64,000 bases of DNA, taken from NCBI RefSeq assembly GCF_006345805.1, contig NC_042997.1, positions 115,630,001 to 115,694,000 of the forward strand, written 5' to 3'. A program made the translations under genes and the position numbers. The notes under the pieces were generated by a model. It did not search any database. It was not told the DNA's origin and saw only the letters and a list, made by a program, of their open reading frames with translations. Below, one piece after another: positions 63,213 through 64,000 of the stretch. Numbering within the stretch: position 1 is the first letter of the stretch; each line of letters begins with the position of its first letter. This DNA is from Octopus sinensis (taxonomy: Eukaryota).

Positions 63213-64000
63213 AACCGTAAGAAACCGTGATAATATGTAAGAAGTAGAAAACTCTGATACACAACTTACAAACGTTGTCTCTATTTCACATCTCTTCGAA
63301 TTTTAAAAATTCGGACCACATCGTATGAGCTGGACCGAAGTTCTCTTTTCTAGATTGATTCTGGTGATTAACAACTCTCGTTCTTGTAAACGTTTTATTA
63401 CTAATTAATAATTTAATGTCTCTAAGTTTAATTTCTCGGTTTTAATTAATGCACCTAGTGTTAAATATGTGGGCAGTGGGTCTGAGAGTGTTGCGAGGCG
63501 GGGGGTTTGTGGGCTGGTCTTAGATGATCCCTGGTTGAGTTGACGACTGAAAATGTTATTTGGGGCTACGCGAAGAAATAACTGAACAGCACCCACGAAC
63601 ATTTAACACAAGATTTTATTATCGCACATAAACACAAACTGTGTTGGCCCTTTACAAATAACAACTACAATAATTACATACTAGGAGTGACATGTTACCC
63701 GGCAAGCTTACTGATACACGCAATCTGTGACTGACCCGTGGTACCGAGAAACAATTGTGCTATCGACAATCAGTCATCTATCTCAAGATAGTCTGACTGT
63801 TCCTCAACAAACTACCCCGCAAGTGATGAGGCATATGTAGGAATTGGCTGGTTTCAACGCTCTACAAAGATTTCAAGCGCTAAAATGAAGGACGTGAAGA
63901 GAATTGAATATAGTGATCCTTCGATTAGCGCGGGTGTTACGTTCCAAAACCCCAGGCAATAGATAAAATCCGCTGGAAGTATGGATATTCGAACCAGCAA

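Larger units (their letters stand above)
60606..64000 (+). repeat. near-identical copy of ~51020-54420
   Basis: Offset ~9582; differences mostly 1-bp indels. Confidence 0.93.

Overview
AT-rich, microsatellite-dense animal genomic DNA, most likely an octopus (inferred from the SINE families, not checked). I can support no intact protein-coding gene. The window is a proline-only tRNA gene cluster with about 62 tRNA-Pro-derived sequences by my manual count. Of these, 27 are intact or near-intact (10 AGG, 13 TGG, 4 CGG), two are identical Pro-body copies with a TAG anticodon, and the rest are decayed, truncated or T-arm-deleted. I recognised no other tRNA type. The cluster was built by nested tandem, inverted and segmental duplications, and several rearrangement breakpoints fall inside the tRNA genes. 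Interspersed elements are many copies of two tRNA-derived SINE families, a decayed Helitron helicase fragment with its 3' terminus, MITEs, hAT-like elements, and a CR1/L2-group LINE 3' fragment amplified as a fold-back triplication in a (TA)n tract. There is also a Penelope-type minimal hammerhead-like motif and a 100-N assembly gap. All coordinates were counted by hand; repeat boundaries are approximate.
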